A stretch of DNA of 64,000 nt from Paraspadella gotoi (lineage: Eukaryota; Animalia; Chaetognatha): contig CM119267.1 in the NCBI GenBank assembly GCA_051294375.1, positions 8,532,843 to 8,596,842 of the forward strand. The letters run 5' to 3'. How positions within the stretch are numbered: the first letter of the stretch is position 1; each line of letters begins with the position of its first letter. The position numbers were made by a program, and so were the translations under genes. Below the pieces are notes generated by a model. That model searched no databases. It saw only the letters and a program-made list of their open reading frames with translations, and was not told the DNA's origin. Shown piece after piece: positions 14,866 to 29,400 of this stretch.

Positions 14866-16181
14866 GCAGTAAAGAAAGAAAGAAAAAAAATTCGACGTCT
14901 TAAAGCATCGAAACCCGGACCGGGACCGTGCCAGCCGTCGCGCAAGAGGGGGGATGGAACCGGCGGGGTGGCCAAGGGAAAATTCGAGGAACATTGGGGT
15001 TGAACAGGGTCATCGAGGGTAAGGAAGACCCAAAAGTCTCTCGCGAAATTAGGCCAGGGAATCGACAGGGGTCAATTAGAAAAACAGGGGAAAAAAGTTG
15101 GAGAAAATTGGAGAAAAAGGCGAAACGTACTCAAACGAAAACATCGCCGTTTAAAACAAAATTTATACAAACATACGAAGTAAAAAAAAAAACCGAAATG
15201 AAAAACGTCGAGAGCGACTTGCTCGCCCTCTTCCTGTCCCCTGTTCCATTTCGGCGATTTGCGAGAAGGAAGCGATAGAGAGTTTTCTGGGCGGAGGAAA
15301 GGAAAGGGATGGAGGATAATCTCTGAAGGACGAATGACCGGAAACAGAAAAGGACGTAATGGGGACGAAGCGGTGTGGAGAGGAGACAAAGGAGGAAGGA
15401 AGAGAGGAAGGGAGGTAAGAAAGAAGGTAGAAAGGATAGAAGGAAGGGAGGATAGAAAAAAGAAACAGGAAGGTAGGAAAAAGAGGAGGAAAGGAAGGAG
15501 GAAGAAGGAAGGAAGGAAGGAAGGAAGAAAGGAAGAAAGGGAAGGAAGGAAGGAAGGAAGAGGAGGAAGAAGGAGAAGGAAGGAAGGAAGGAAGAGGAAG
15601 GAAGGATTGAAGGGAAAAAAGGAATAAAACCGTTAGAAATTGGGAAGGATAAAGAAAGTATAGTAAAAAATGGAAAGAAATCAAGAAGTTAGAAAGAAAT
15701 GACGAAAGGGAGGAAGAAAGGAATGAAGAAAACTAAAAGTAAAAAGGCAAAGAGAAAGGAAAGAAAACAAAAATAAAAGAAAAAAATAAGGAAGGTACAT
15801 AGAATAAAATGACGGAGGAAAAATAAACTGGGGAAAAAAAGGAGAGATAGATATCAGAAGGGGGGAGTCGGTCGCGACAGTTCCATTCCGTTCTGTCCCG
15901 CACGAGTCGTCCCGCTCTGATACAACTCTGTGCGGGCGCGACGCCGATGACGTCGACCTCGCAGCGGCGCCGACCACGCGGCAGCGCCGGCGTCGGCGCC
16001 GCAAAACGGAGGCGACGCTTCTATGGATATTCATTCGAATCCGCGTCCGAAATACGAGGCTTGAATAATGCATGAGACCGAAAGCCGAGGACAGAAAAAA
16101 AAAAGAAAGGGGTCTTTCTGCGACGTCGAAAAGGATTTTTATTTTTTTTTTGAATGAGAGAGAGAGAGAGAGAAGAGAGGA

Positions 16182-16214
<33 letters not shown>

Positions 16215-16554
16215 GAAGAGAGAGAGAAGAGAGAGAGAGAAGAATCAATTAAATTCAAAGTGGAAAACAATCCGAGAAATCTTTTTTTCACCATAGCAAC
16301 TCGGATTTAACAGTCAAAAGATTTGTCGAAAACTGTTTAGGGGAATAATTATGCGTCAACGGTTTAAATCTTCTAAATACGGTTTAGATCGGTTTCATGG
16401 AACCAAGAATGGAATCTTGGATGGAATCTCGGATGGAGTCGACGACTTCTCATCGCGAGTTGGAGAATGCGTCGAGGTCATCACGAGCGACGTCGCGGGA
16501 TTATGACGAGCGTTGTATGCGATGAGGAAAAGAGAGAGAGAGAGAGAGAGAGGA

Positions 16555-16611
<57 letters not shown>

Positions 16612-17044
16612 AGAGCCCGATTATGTGGGTTTTCTTTGGAAGGGTCCAAGCTTTTCGACCCAGAACGTGACTCTGACCTTTTCCCTTCGCCTCTCTAACT
16701 GCCATAGGGTTTCACGAGACGTCGTGGCGGAGAGAACTCGAGTTCGAGCCCTTACGTCTGCGTTCGTGGTCTACCGTGAAGACAGGGCCATTTTGACATC
16801 GTTCCCCGGCGGAAACATCACAATTATCATTGATTAATTAACTGTCAACCAGGAACAGTCGAAATGAGCATCGGCAACAGCTACAAGCACAACAACACGA
16901 CAACAACGACGACGCGAAGATTAACAATCGGCGTTGTTTTCTCGGCCGCCTCGTCCCCGGCGACGCGAAGCAATAAAAAAAACAGCGACTTCGGCGATAA
17001 AACAAAAAACCCGATGGAATAATTAAGGCGCCGCTGCGCGGCGC

Positions 17045-17095
<51 letters not shown>

Positions 17096-17608
17096 TACGA
17101 CGACGATAAAGAACAAACCCATGGTTTCCTTGATGAACGAAAATATTAATCTCCTGTTGGAAAGAATTAGGAAATTAAGGAATTTTATTCGAAAAGTTTG
17201 TCATAGAATGTAGACGAATGTAAAGGAAGTAACCGTTTATAAAAAGTTATTCAGAGAAAACGATAAATATTTTTCAATCATCCTGTTTACGGGTCATAAA
17301 ATGGGAAAAGAAATCCTTTCGCTTCAAACTATCTTCTTCTTTACTTAATTCAGCCTCCTTCAAAAGCGTCCAGAAAAGTCGAGTAAATTCTAGCACCAAA
17401 CAAGCGATAAACCAACAACAAGAAGACTCCGCCCACTCCACCCAGCCCGATCTGTACTCCCGAATCCAGCCCGCCCCTCTACCGACCTCCAATTTCTCTT
17501 TGTGCTTTACATCTTTAAAAAACACCTCGGGCAAGTCCAGCCTCGGGCCTTACATTCCTTGCCAACGCGACAATAAAGATAGCGACGCTTCCTTCCGCCG
17601 CCGGGCTT

Positions 17609-17683
<75 letters not shown>

Positions 17684-20600
17684 ACCCTCTCTCAGTCTCT
17701 CCCTTCTTCTCAGCTCCCTGTCTTTCCTCTGTCTCTCGCTCCCTCCTCATCCCCCCTCTCTCTCTCTCTGCCCGTCTCTCCTTCTCTCTCCCTCTCTCTC
17801 TCTCTCTCACACAATTCCGCGTTCTTTGGAGAGGAAAACGTTTTAATGATTCGCTCCGTCGGTTGAAAGCCCAAAGAAAAATGAGCGAGCGTAGGATGAG
17901 AGTCGGCGTTGGGTTGACGTTGAGCAATTATTGACCAGAAACGAGTTTCCATTACTGTTTTTGAGGCAAGAAGGAAAGGAGGAAAGGAAAGTTCCTAGGA
18001 GGAACGAGAAGGCTGAAAAGAAAAAAGGAAAGAGAGAAGAAAAATAGGAGCTCTTTCTTTCTTCTCATTCTTTCTTAGGCTCCCGGCCTCTTCTTTAAAA
18101 GGTCCCGCGCGAAGAAACGATTCAGTATTTCTCTTTTTTTTTTTATATCTGCAACCAAAATTTTCGTCTCGATTATAAGCGGCAGTAATTAAACATTTTA
18201 TTGACGTCACTGTAACAGTTTAAAAAACAGTTTTAGCAATATTCAGTATTTAAGTACGAAAAATTTGACCTCATCAACATCTCAGCCTTCAATTTGTAAA
18301 TTCGTCCGTGAGCGAGTCTGACGAGTGGCGAAACTCTCTAGCTATTTTACCTCACAAAAAAACCTCACCTTCTTCTTCCTTCTACACCCCCCTCTCCTCC
18401 CCCAACCCCCAACCTCGTCTCCCCCCCCCAGAGGTTTCCACCTCAATTTAGCTTTTTACTCTCCCGTCACTCAATCCAGTTTCCAAACACCAGCGCTCGC
18501 ATGGGCTCGCGCTCGCAAAACCGACGTGGAGCTTACACGCGCACACACGCGTGTCGATTAATACAGTCCATGCGAGTCCTACCTACTGGCCGTACCCGGG
18601 CTCCATTGCGTGCGCGGCAGGAAACGAGCGCCAACTTTTGCATGCGAAACGATTGGGAGAGCAAATGTTTCCTCGATTCGCGTCACGTACAAAGTGAGCG
18701 AAGTTCCGAGCGACATCGCGCGCCTCTCACTCACTTACCTCCCGTTGACCGAGGCTCGCGATTCCAACTCGCTCGTCGTATTTCCATCCTTTCCCTACCC
18801 GCCGCAACTGGGGGAAAGCATCAATTCGTCGGAGAATGAGGTTCTTATATCGGGAAAATATTGGGTATTTCCAATGGGTAAGGATTGGAAAAGATGCGCC
18901 AACGTGATCAAAGGTTTCGAAAATTTGCTAACCATGGAACCCTAATCCCTAATCTGTAACTAAACCTTAGTCCTTTAACCTTTAACCTAATCTTTAAACC
19001 ATAATCCGAATTTAATATAAGAAATGGGACGTTTGGGATAATCCTCGTGCCGAGTCGGCTTTAATTTTTAAAAAAACGATTGAAAAACAAATGGTTATCA
19101 GAGGAATTCCATAAAAATTATAGCAAACACATCAGCGACAGAGAACACCGCAACCGGGGCACACCGGGCACATCGGGCACACCGGCACATGCAGAATAGA
19201 AGATAAGCTCTTTCCCTTCTATTCGTAAAGCCAGTTCGAACGCCAACCGCCGATAAAAAAAAATAAATTTTTCCCCAACGTCCCCGCGATAGATGACCCC
19301 CTTCGAGGCAGCGGCCATTCATCATCGCTTCCGCGAGGTTTGTCGCCAAAATTCCCGCCTTTTTTAACCTCATTTACCAAAAAAAAAAAGAAAACAAAAG
19401 GTTCATTTCCTTATCTCACGGTTTTAAAGTTAAATATAGGGTGAAAGTAAGATATAAAGATTATTTTCAACGATTCTTTCTGTTTTTTCTCAGGATTCGC
19501 GCGTTTCTTTTGTCGACTCGTTTCTTCAATTCTAGCCCCTAGCGCCCCCTTCCCCGGCGCCTTGTTCTCCTTTTGAGCAGTTTTTTGCCACTTATGTATC
19601 ACCCCTAATTAGCGAGAAAAAAAGGGGGGAAAGTCAATTGTCTGTCTGCGTTTGCAAAAGTAAACAAATCGTAAAAAGTAACGAGGATCATAAAACTTTA
19701 CGGAGATGAAAATAGAGAATTGAGGCTTAACAGAATGACATCGCAGGTGAGAAACGCAAAGATGAAAAATTCACGACAAACAGTTTTTTTTTTAAAAACA
19801 CTAATCGCCATAACGAGGAAGGTCGAGAAAGGGAGAGCCGTTCCACTGGAGAGAGAGGACCGGAGAAATGACCTAAGTCAGGGAGACGTTGAGCATTGAC
19901 AAGGTTGCGCCGCAACTTCTGAAAGTTTATGTTATTTCGAGGACGAAATAATATTTAATATATATATATTATTTAATATATTGATATTAGTAACATACTG
20001 TATAAATCCTATTAAAATTAGGTGGAAATCCATTATTATGTGTTGTGCGTCTTGTCGATTTTCTTCTTGAATATTTTTTTTTAATTCGTTTACCAAAAAA
20101 AAAATGGAGTTTATCCATAACAAGAAGTTTCCAAGCTTCATTAAATTTAATACGGTTTCTATAATGGCGGATCGAGCTTTCTTTTTGATAAATTTACAAG
20201 GAATTAATTATTCCCCAAAAACTGAATATAAAGTGAATACGCCTCTGGTGGAGGTGCGACGAGAAACGAAGAACCGGCGAAACTGGAAACCAAAAGGGAA
20301 AGGCTCGAAGCTATGCAGTAAGATGTGAATAATCAGGAACGGAGGATCGTAGGTTTAGAACAAGAATAAGAATGAATAATAGGTAGATAGGAATTAGAAA
20401 AAGAAATAGAATCTTGAGATGAAAAATAAAAGCTTTAATTTAAATTTAAAAGAAAATCGAAAAGAAAGACCTCAAGAAAAAAGCTTGGCGCTGAAGACCA
20501 AAGATGGAAACTGAAAGAAATTATCACTCACAGTTCGAAAAAATAGGCAAAGCGAGGTATTACTTCTCAAGAAACAGTCTCTCTCCACGAGGAGGAAAAG

Positions 20601-22245
20601 CAAACGAGGTTAAAATGGCGAGTCGACTTTTAACACGAAACTGAGATAAAGAAGAGGCAGGAAAACAATAGAGGACGTTTCTCGAGACAAAAGAGATAAA
20701 ATGAATCCAAATGTGTCACCAGACAATTTGAAACACAAAGAGAGATGGTTGGGCCGAGAAAAAAGAAAAAATATTTTTAGTAATGACAAAGAAAGAGAAA
20801 AACTTTGAGGGAATATGGATTTGCTTTTAAGGTTTTTTTTTTGGCAAATTGTTGCTTCTTGGTTTCTACTTTGTTCTGGGATTTTTTTTCTGCCCCGGGT
20901 AACTTCGACCCCGAAATCCCCCCCCTTAGAAAAATGCTAGGGAAAACCGGGGCGGGGGGTAGCGGCGCAGGTTGGGAGATGGAAAAATAAAACATTAGCT
21001 AACCGAAGTGAAGTTCGGGCGGAAGGAGAGAAAGAAGGAAGGTGCCGAGAACGCGATGATAAATTCAATTATGCGATCGAGTAAACGTTTTCTGTCAATA
21101 TCACTTCAATTCGAAGCGGGGAAACTCGCCAACTGGGCTCCAACTCTATCTTTTCTACTAAACGGTATACAGCGAGCATGAAATATCTCAACTATCAATT
21201 AATTTTAAAATTTAAAATAATTTAAGGCTAATAAAAGTTCACGAACATTCTTTGGCCAGTTGAGATTTTTTTTTGCGAAACGAAAAAAAACAAACCGCGC
21301 GAGAAAAAGGGAAAAAATAAAATGGAATAAAAATTTGAAATGGAATGCTAATGTTGACTGAAGAAGGGAAAAGCTTTTTTTTATTTCTCCGGCCCCACGT
21401 CTCACTTTCAATAAAAAGGCGAAGATTTTCTTTTAGGGAGTAAAAAACCGAGACGAGGTGAGCGGAGGTGAAATGAAATGGGAATTATAATGCGGAGGAC
21501 ATAAAGCGAGGTAAGGTTTAACGTAGCTCTGAGAGAGAGAGAGAGGAGAGAGAGGCTGTTAAACGGTCGAGAAAGGACGATATTTTCTCGCCTTCCCCCA
21601 CCTTAGATCGATTGCCTCATCGAGACAGAAACTTTATATTTCGGATCAATTGGTCTCACAAATAGTTTATATTAATATATTATAGTCTAAAAAAAATATT
21701 GTCACCATTAAATTTCGCTAATACGCAGCAACAACGTATTGCTAAGCTTTTTTAAAAGGTTTATACAGAATGTGGTTTACTAACTGAGGGAAAGCAGAAG
21801 ACTGAAAAATACTCCAGAATGGAATGCGGGAAAAAGAAATAGAGAGGAAAGACGAGAGAGAGAGAGAGAGAGAGAGGAGAGACAGAATGAGAGAAGGAGA
21901 GAGGATGATGAGAGAGAGAGAGAGAGAGAAATGAGAGAGAGAGAGAGAGAGTTTAACTTCTCCAGAAGATCATGAAAATTTTCTGGATCTAAAGATCTCA
22001 GGGCTGCATGCCCCATAAATGATAATCGAAGACGATTGGCGAAGAAGAAAAAAAAGATTAAAAAAAATCATTTTCATTAAAAAAAAATATTCAATTCACA
22101 GAAGACATCGAAAAAAGTGAATGTTTATGCAAATCTCTTTTGGGAGGGAGCACAATGCCTTTTCTTTAGAGAATTTTGAATCTTTTCAGAAGTATTGTGG
22201 CAGCAAAGCACTTAAAGCTTCTCAGCTGCTCTCAATGGCTGAGCA
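14161..22245. repeat. Copy 2 of the ~9.4-kb repeated segment
   Basis: Begins tctgaaaaaatagg, matching ~4268. The ORF track gives identical peptides at offset 9407 (11370 vs 20777, 12373 vs 21780, 13701 vs 23108). Confidence 0.9.
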
Positions 22246-23568
22246 TTAAGGCTGGAGCATATCGGTACTTTTCTTTATCTCATCCGATCGTAACAACAAA
22301 AAAAAGTTAGTAAAATACAAGGTGTTTAATTATAATATTTTTATTTAAAAATAATATGTGATCTTCACGATAGCAAAATCGGGCTAAATAGTGGATTATT
22401 TTTTTTGGCGTAGAGATACACCGATTCACTCATTTAAGTTATAAATTTCACTTCATCGGCTAAAAAAAAAATAATCCATCCAACCACAAAGCGTTGCATA
22501 TAAAAAATTGACCAATCAGCATTCATTATTTGCGAATCATTTGCTACTCATTTGTTTATTAGTTTACGAAGGAAAAATTTCGGAAAAAGTTTTTAGAATT
22601 AGAATTTTTAAAAAAATAAGTAGAATAGTATTAGTTTAGGACTAGACTAAGACTTTTGCATGCCAAAATACAAAAAAGGTTTCAACTCGCAGTCAGGAGA
22701 AAGACGAACATTCTTGGTAGCTCGAAGCCCTTAAATCCATCTCAATTGCCAACTCTTCGCGATGTTTTGTGTCACGCTAAAATATAAAAAGGTTAATACA
22801 TGTGGATAGAATTTTTGATTAACACAGCTGTTGTTTTTTTCTTTTCGTTCATGGCTGATAATTCTCATAATTTAGTTCTTGTATTATGATCCTTTCATTT
22901 CGTTGTGTTTCGCAGATTTAATTGAAATAGTTCAAAATGCGCATTTCTATCAACAATAATTTATATTTTTTAGTTAGAAATTTATTTTCATTTAAGCTGA
23001 AATAAAAAGCATGTCTGTTTTTTCTAATGAAAATACAAAAATCGTTTTTGAAATCCAACTATTTCATTAAATTCTTCTTATTATAGTTCTTATATATTTC
23101 ATCTTATTTAAATTTCACTGGAAGGAAATAACCTCAACACGCGTTTTTTAATCGGTGGCAAAGACATCGTTGGATGTCTATCAGGATCGTGCCAACTCTT
23201 CTCTTCCCGATTTCTGCTTTGGACTGCTTGCGGGTGCGAGTCGAAACGTGCGGAAAGGACTGACACAATGTCACCAATCCCAGGTTCACACTTTTCATAA
23301 CTTTTGATTCCGATCGTCCCGACAAACTTCTTTGACATTCTTAACTGTTAAGTGTCAATTAACTTTCTGTGTTCTGTGATTCGGGATGCGAATGCGAAAC
23401 TGTGAATGGCAAGCGGCATATAGTTTGCCATTGTTGAAAAAGCAAATTAAAATTCCATCAATCGAGCTTCGCTTTCATCTTCGATCAGACGTAACAAAAG
23501 TTCACGAGTTGCGAAAAATGTCTATTGCCCCGGTTGACCCGGGAAAACCACATCTTCTCTCTTTTTTT
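20730..23568. repeat. Apparently base-identical 2.8-kb duplicate of ~11323-14161
   Basis: Identical by eye including microsatellite irregularities. Ends at a gap of exactly 25 N (23569-23593). Confidence 0.85.
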
Positions 23569-23593
23569 NNNNNNNNNNNNNNNNNNNNNNNNN

Positions 23594-25325
23594 CGACGTC
23601 TTTAAAGCATCGAAACCCCGGGACCGGGACGCGTGCCAGCCGTCGCGCAAGAGGGGGGGATGAGAACCGGCGGGGTGGCCAAGGGAAAATTCGAGGGAAC
23701 ATTGGGGTTGAACAGGGTCATCGAGGGTAAGGAAGACCCAAAAGTCTCTCGCGAAAATTAGGCCAGGGAAATCGACAGGGGTCAATAGAAAAACAGGGGA
23801 AAAAAGTTGGAGAAAATTGGAGAAAAAAGGCGGAAACGTATCAAACGAAAACATCGCCGTTTAAAACAAAATTTATACAAACATACGAAGTAAAAAAAAA
23901 ACCGAAATGAAAAACGTCGAGAGCGACTTGCTCGCCCTCTTCCTGTCCCCTGTTCCATTTCGGCGATTTGCGAGAAGGAAGCGATAGAGAGTTTCTGGGC
24001 GGAGGAAAGGAAAGGGATGGAGGATAATCTCTGAAGGACGAATGACCGGAAACAGAAAAGGGACGTAATGGGGACGAAGCGGTGTGGAGAGGAAGACAAA
24101 GGAGGAAGGAAGGAGGAAGGGAGGTAAGAAAGAAGGTAGGAAAGGATAGAAGGAAGGGAGGATAGAAAAAAGAAACCAGGAAGGTAGGAAAAAAGGAGGA
24201 GGAAGGAAGGAGGAAGGAAGGAAGGAAGGAAGGAAGGAAGGAAGGAAGGAAGGAAGGAAAAGAAAAAAGAGAGAAGAAGTAAAGAAGAAAGATAGAAGAA
24301 AGAGAAAGAAGAAGAAAGGAGGAGGAGGAAGGAGGAGGGAGGAAGGATTGAAGGGAAAAAAGAAGGAATATAAAACCGTTAGAAATTGGGAAGGATAAAG
24401 GGAAAGTGATAAGTAAAAATGGAAAGAAATCGAAGAAACGAAGAAGGGAGGAAGAAAGGAATGAAGAAAACTAAAAGTAAAAAGGCAAAGAGAAAGGAAA
24501 GAAAACAAAAATAAAAAAGAAAAAAATAAGGAAGGTACATAGAATAAAATGACGGAGGAAAAAATAAACTGGGGAAAAAAAAGGAGAGATAGATATCAGA
24601 AGGGGGAGTCGGTCGCGACAGTTCCATTCCGGTTCTGTCCCGCACGAGTCGTCCCGCTCTGATACAACTCTGTGCGGGCGCGACCGCCGATGACGTCGAC
24701 CTCGCAGCGGCGCCGACCACGCGGCAGCGCCGGCGTCGGCGCCGCAAAACGGAGGCGACGCTTCTATCGGATTTCATTCGAATCCGCGTCCGAAATACGA
24801 GGCTTGAATAATGCATGAGACCGAAAGCCGAGGACAGAAAAAAAAAGAAAGGGNNNNNNNNNNNNNNNNNNNNNNNNNNNNNNNNNNNNNNNNNNNNNNN
24901 NNNNNNNNNNNNNNNNNNNNNNNNNNNNNNNNNNNNNNNNNNNNNNNNNNNNNNNNNNNNNNNNNNNNNNNNNNNNNNNNNNNNNNNNNNNNNNNNNNNN
25001 NNNNNNNNNNNNNNNNNNNNNNNNNNNNNNNNNNNNNNNNNNNNNNNNNNNNNNNNNNNNNNNNNNNNNNNNNNNNNNNNNNNNNNNNNNNNNNNNNNNN
25101 NNNNNNNNNNNNNNNNNNNNNNNNNNNNNNNNNNNNTAGGGGGAATAATTATGCGTCAACGGTTTAAATCTTCTAAATACGGTTTAGATCGGTTTCATGG
25201 AACCAAGAATGGAATCTTGGATGGAATCTCGGATGGAGTCGACGACTCTCATCGCGAGTGGAGAATGCGTCGAGGTCATCACGAGCGACGTCGCGGATTA
25301 TGACGAGCGTTTGTATGCGATGAGG

Positions 25326-25392
<67 letters not shown>

Positions 25393-25822
25393 GATTATGT
25401 GGGTTTTCTTTTGGAAGGGTACGAAGCTTTTCGACCCAGAACGTGACCTCTGACCTTTTCCCTTTCGCCTCTCTAACTGCCATAGGGTTTCACGAGACGT
25501 CGTGGCGGAGAGAACTCGAGTTCGAGCCCTTACGTCTGCGTTCGTGGTCTACCGTGAAGACAGGGCCATTTTGACATCGTTCCCCGGCGGAAACATCACA
25601 ATTATCATTGATTAATTAACTGTCAAACCAGGAACAGTCGAAATGAGCATCGGCAACAGCTACAAGCACAACAACGACGACAACAACGACGACGCCGAAG
25701 ATTAACAAGCGGCGTTGTTTTTCTCGGCGCCCTCGTCCCCGGCGACGCGAAGCAATAAAAAAAAACAGCGACTTCGGCGATAAAACAAAAAACCCGATGG
25801 AATAATTAAGGCGCCGCTGCCG

Positions 25823-25890
<68 letters not shown>

Positions 25891-26388
25891 TAAAGAACAA
25901 ACACCATGGGTTTCCTTATGAACGAAAATATTAATCTCCTGTTGGAAACGATTAGGAAATTAAGGAATTTTATTCGAAAAGTTTGTCATAGAATGTAGAC
26001 GGAATGTAAAGGAAGTAACGCGTTTATAAAAAGTTATTCAGAGAAAACGATAAATATTTTTCAATCATCCTGTTTACGGGTCATAAAATGGGAAAAGAAA
26101 TCCTTTCGCTTCAAACTATCTTCTTCTTTACTTAATTCAGCCTCCTTCAAGCGTCCAGAAAAGTCGAGTAAATTCTAGCACCAAACAAGCGATAAACCAA
26201 CAACAAGAAGACTCCGCCCACTCCACCCAGCCGATCTGTACTCCCCGAATCCAGCCCGCCCCTCTACCGACCTCCAATTTCTCTTTGTGCTTTACATCTT
26301 TAAAAACACCTCGGGCCAAGTCCAGCCTCGGGCCTTACATTCCTTGCCAACGCGACAATAAAGATAGCGACGCTTCCTTCCGCCGCCG

Positions 26389-26477
<89 letters not shown>

Positions 26478-29400
26478 ACCCTCTCTCAGTCTCTCCCTCT
26501 TCCTCAGCTCCCTGTCTTTCTCTCTGTCTCTCGCTCCCTCTCATCCCCTCTCTCTCTCTCTGCCCGTCTCTTCCTCTCTCTCCCTCTCTCTCTCTCTCAC
26601 ACAATTCCGCGTTCTTTGGAGAGGAAAACGTTTTAATGATTCGCTCCGTCGGTTGAAAGCCCAAAGAAAAATGAGCGAGCGTAGGATGAGAGTCGGCGTT
26701 GGGTTGACGTTGAGCAATTATTGACCAGAACGAGTTTCCATTACTGTTTTTGAGGCAAGAAGGAAAGGAGGAAAGGAAAGTCCTAGGAGGAACGAGAAGG
26801 CTGAAAAGAAAAAAGGAAAGAGAGAAGAAAAATAGCAGCTCTTTCTTTCTCTCATTCTTTCTTAGGCTCCCGGCCTCTTCTTAAAAGGTCCCGCGCGAAG
26901 AAACGATTCAGTATTTCTCTTTTTTTTTTTTATATCTGCAACCAAGAATTTTGCGTCTAAAACATAAGCAAAAATTATAAGCGGGAGTAATTTAAACAGT
27001 TTTATTGACGTCACTGTAACAGTTAAAAAACAGTTTTAGCAATATTCAGTATTTAAGTACGAAAAATTTGACCTCATCAACATCTCAGCCTTCAATTTGT
27101 AAATTCGTCCGTGAGCGAGTCTGACGAGTGGCGAAACTCTCTAGCTATTTTACCTCACAAAAAAACCTCACCTCTTTTCTCCTTCTCACACCCCCCTCTC
27201 CTCCCCCAACCCCCAACCTCGTCTCCCCCCCCAGAGGTTTCCACCTCAATTTAGCTTTTTACTCTCCCGTCACTCAATCCAGTTTTCCAAACACCAGCGC
27301 TCGCATGGGCTCGCGCTCGCAAACCGACGTGGAGCTTACACGCGCACACACGCGTGTCGATTAATACACGTCCATGCGAGTCCTACCTACTGGCCGTACC
27401 CGGGCTCCATGCGTGCGCGGCAGGAAACGAGCGCCAACTTTTGCATGCGAAACGATTGGGAGAGCAAATGTTTCCTCGATTCGCGTCACGTACAAAGTGA
27501 GCGAAGTTCCGAGCGACATCGCCGCGCCTCTCACTCACTTACCTCCCGTTGACCGAGGCTCGCGATTCCAACTCGCTCGTCGTATTCATCGCTTTCCCTT
27601 ACCCGCCGCAACTGGGAAAGCATCAATTCGTCGGAGATGAGGTTCTTATATCGGGAAAATATTGGGTATTTCCCAATGGGTAAGGATTGGAAAAGATGCG
27701 CAACGTGGATCAGGTTCGAAAATTTGACTAACCTGGAACCCTAATCCCTAATCTGTAACCGTAAACCTTAGTCCCTTTAACCTTTAACCTAATCTTTAAA
27801 CCATAATTCCGAATTTAATATAAGAAATGGGACGTTTTGGGATAATCCTCGTGCCGAGTCGGCTTTAATTTTTCAAAAAACGATTGAAAAACAAATGGTT
27901 ATCAGAGGAATTCCATAAAAATATAGCAAACCATCAGCGAAGAGAAAACCGGGCACACCGGGCACATCGGGCACACCGGCACTGCAGAATGAAGATAAGC
28001 TCTTTCCCTTCTATCGTAAAGCCAGTTCGAACGCCAACCGCCGATAAAAAAAATAAATTTTCCCCAACGTCGCCCGCGATAAGTGACCCCCTTCGAAGGC
28101 AGCGGCCATTCATCATCGCTTCCCGCGAGGTGTCGCCAAAATTCCCGCCTTTTTTAACCTCATTTACCAAAAAAAAAAAAGAAAACAAAAGGTCATTTAC
28201 CTTATCTCACGGTTTTAAAGTTAATATTAAGGGTGAAAGGTGAAGAATAAAGATTATTTTAACGATTCTTTCTGTTTTTTCTCAGGATTGCGCGTTTCTT
28301 TTGTCGACTCGTTTCTTCAATTCTAGCCGCTCAGCCGCCCGGCCCTTTCCCCACCGCCTTGTTCTCCTTTGAGCAGTTTTTTTGCCACTTATGTATCCCT
28401 AATTAGCAGAGAAAGGGGGGGGAAAGTCAATTGTCTGTCTGCGTTTCGAAAAGTAACCAAATCGTAAAAAGTAACGAGGATAAAACTCTACGGAGATGAA
28501 AATAGAGAATTGAGGCTTCAACAGAATGACATCGCAGGTGAGAAACGCAAAGATGAAAAGTTCACGACAAACAGTTTTTTTTTTTAAAAACACTAATCGC
28601 CATAAACGAGAGAAGGTCGAGGAAACGGGAGAGCCGTTCCACTGGAGAGAGAGGACCGAGAAATGACCTAAGTCAGGGAGACGTTGAGCATTGATCAAGG
28701 TGCGCCGCAACTTCTGAAAGTTTATGTTATTTCGAGGACGAAATAATATTTAATATATATATATATTTAATATATTGTATATTATAACATACTAGTATAA
28801 TCCTTTTAAAATTAGGTGAAATCCATATTAGTGTGTTTGTGTCTGATTTTCTTCTGAATATTTTTTTTTAATTCGTTTACCAAAAAAAATGGATACAAAA
28901 AGGTTTCCAGCTTCATTAAATTTAATACGGTTTCGAAATGGTGCGGAATCGAGCTTTCTTTTTGATAAATTACAAGAATTAATTATTCCGCCAAAACTGA
29001 ATATAAAGTGAATACGCCTCTGGTGGGAGGTCGCGAAACGAAGAAACCGGCGAAACTGGAAACAAAAGGGAAAGGCTCGAAGCTATGCAGTTAGATGTGA
29101 ATAATCAGGAACGGAGGATCGTAGGTTAGAACAAAGAATAAGAATAATAATTAGTAGATAGGAATTAGAAAAAAGAAATAGAATCTTGAGATGAAAATAA
29201 AAGCTTTAATTTAAATTTAAAAGAAATCGAAAAGAAAAGACCTAGAGGAAAAAGCTTGGCGCTGAAGACCAAAGATGGAAAACTGAAAAGAAATTATCAC
29301 TCCAGTTCGAAAAATAGGCAAAGCGAGGATTACTTCTCAAGGAAACAGTCTCTCTCCACGAGGAGGAAAGCAAACGAGGTTAAAATTTGGCGGGTCGACT

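Noticed and set aside
18311-18350. Minimal hammerhead-like core CTGACGA-G-TGG-C-GAAAC (also at 27121)
   Set aside because: No NUH cleavage triplet with matching helix I and helix III in any permutation.
25197-25240. MEPR-MESW-MESR-MEST peptide repeat suggesting a neuropeptide precursor
   Set aside because: Only a 12-bp DNA repeat, with no signal peptide or dibasic cleavage sites, and the frame runs into a microsatellite.
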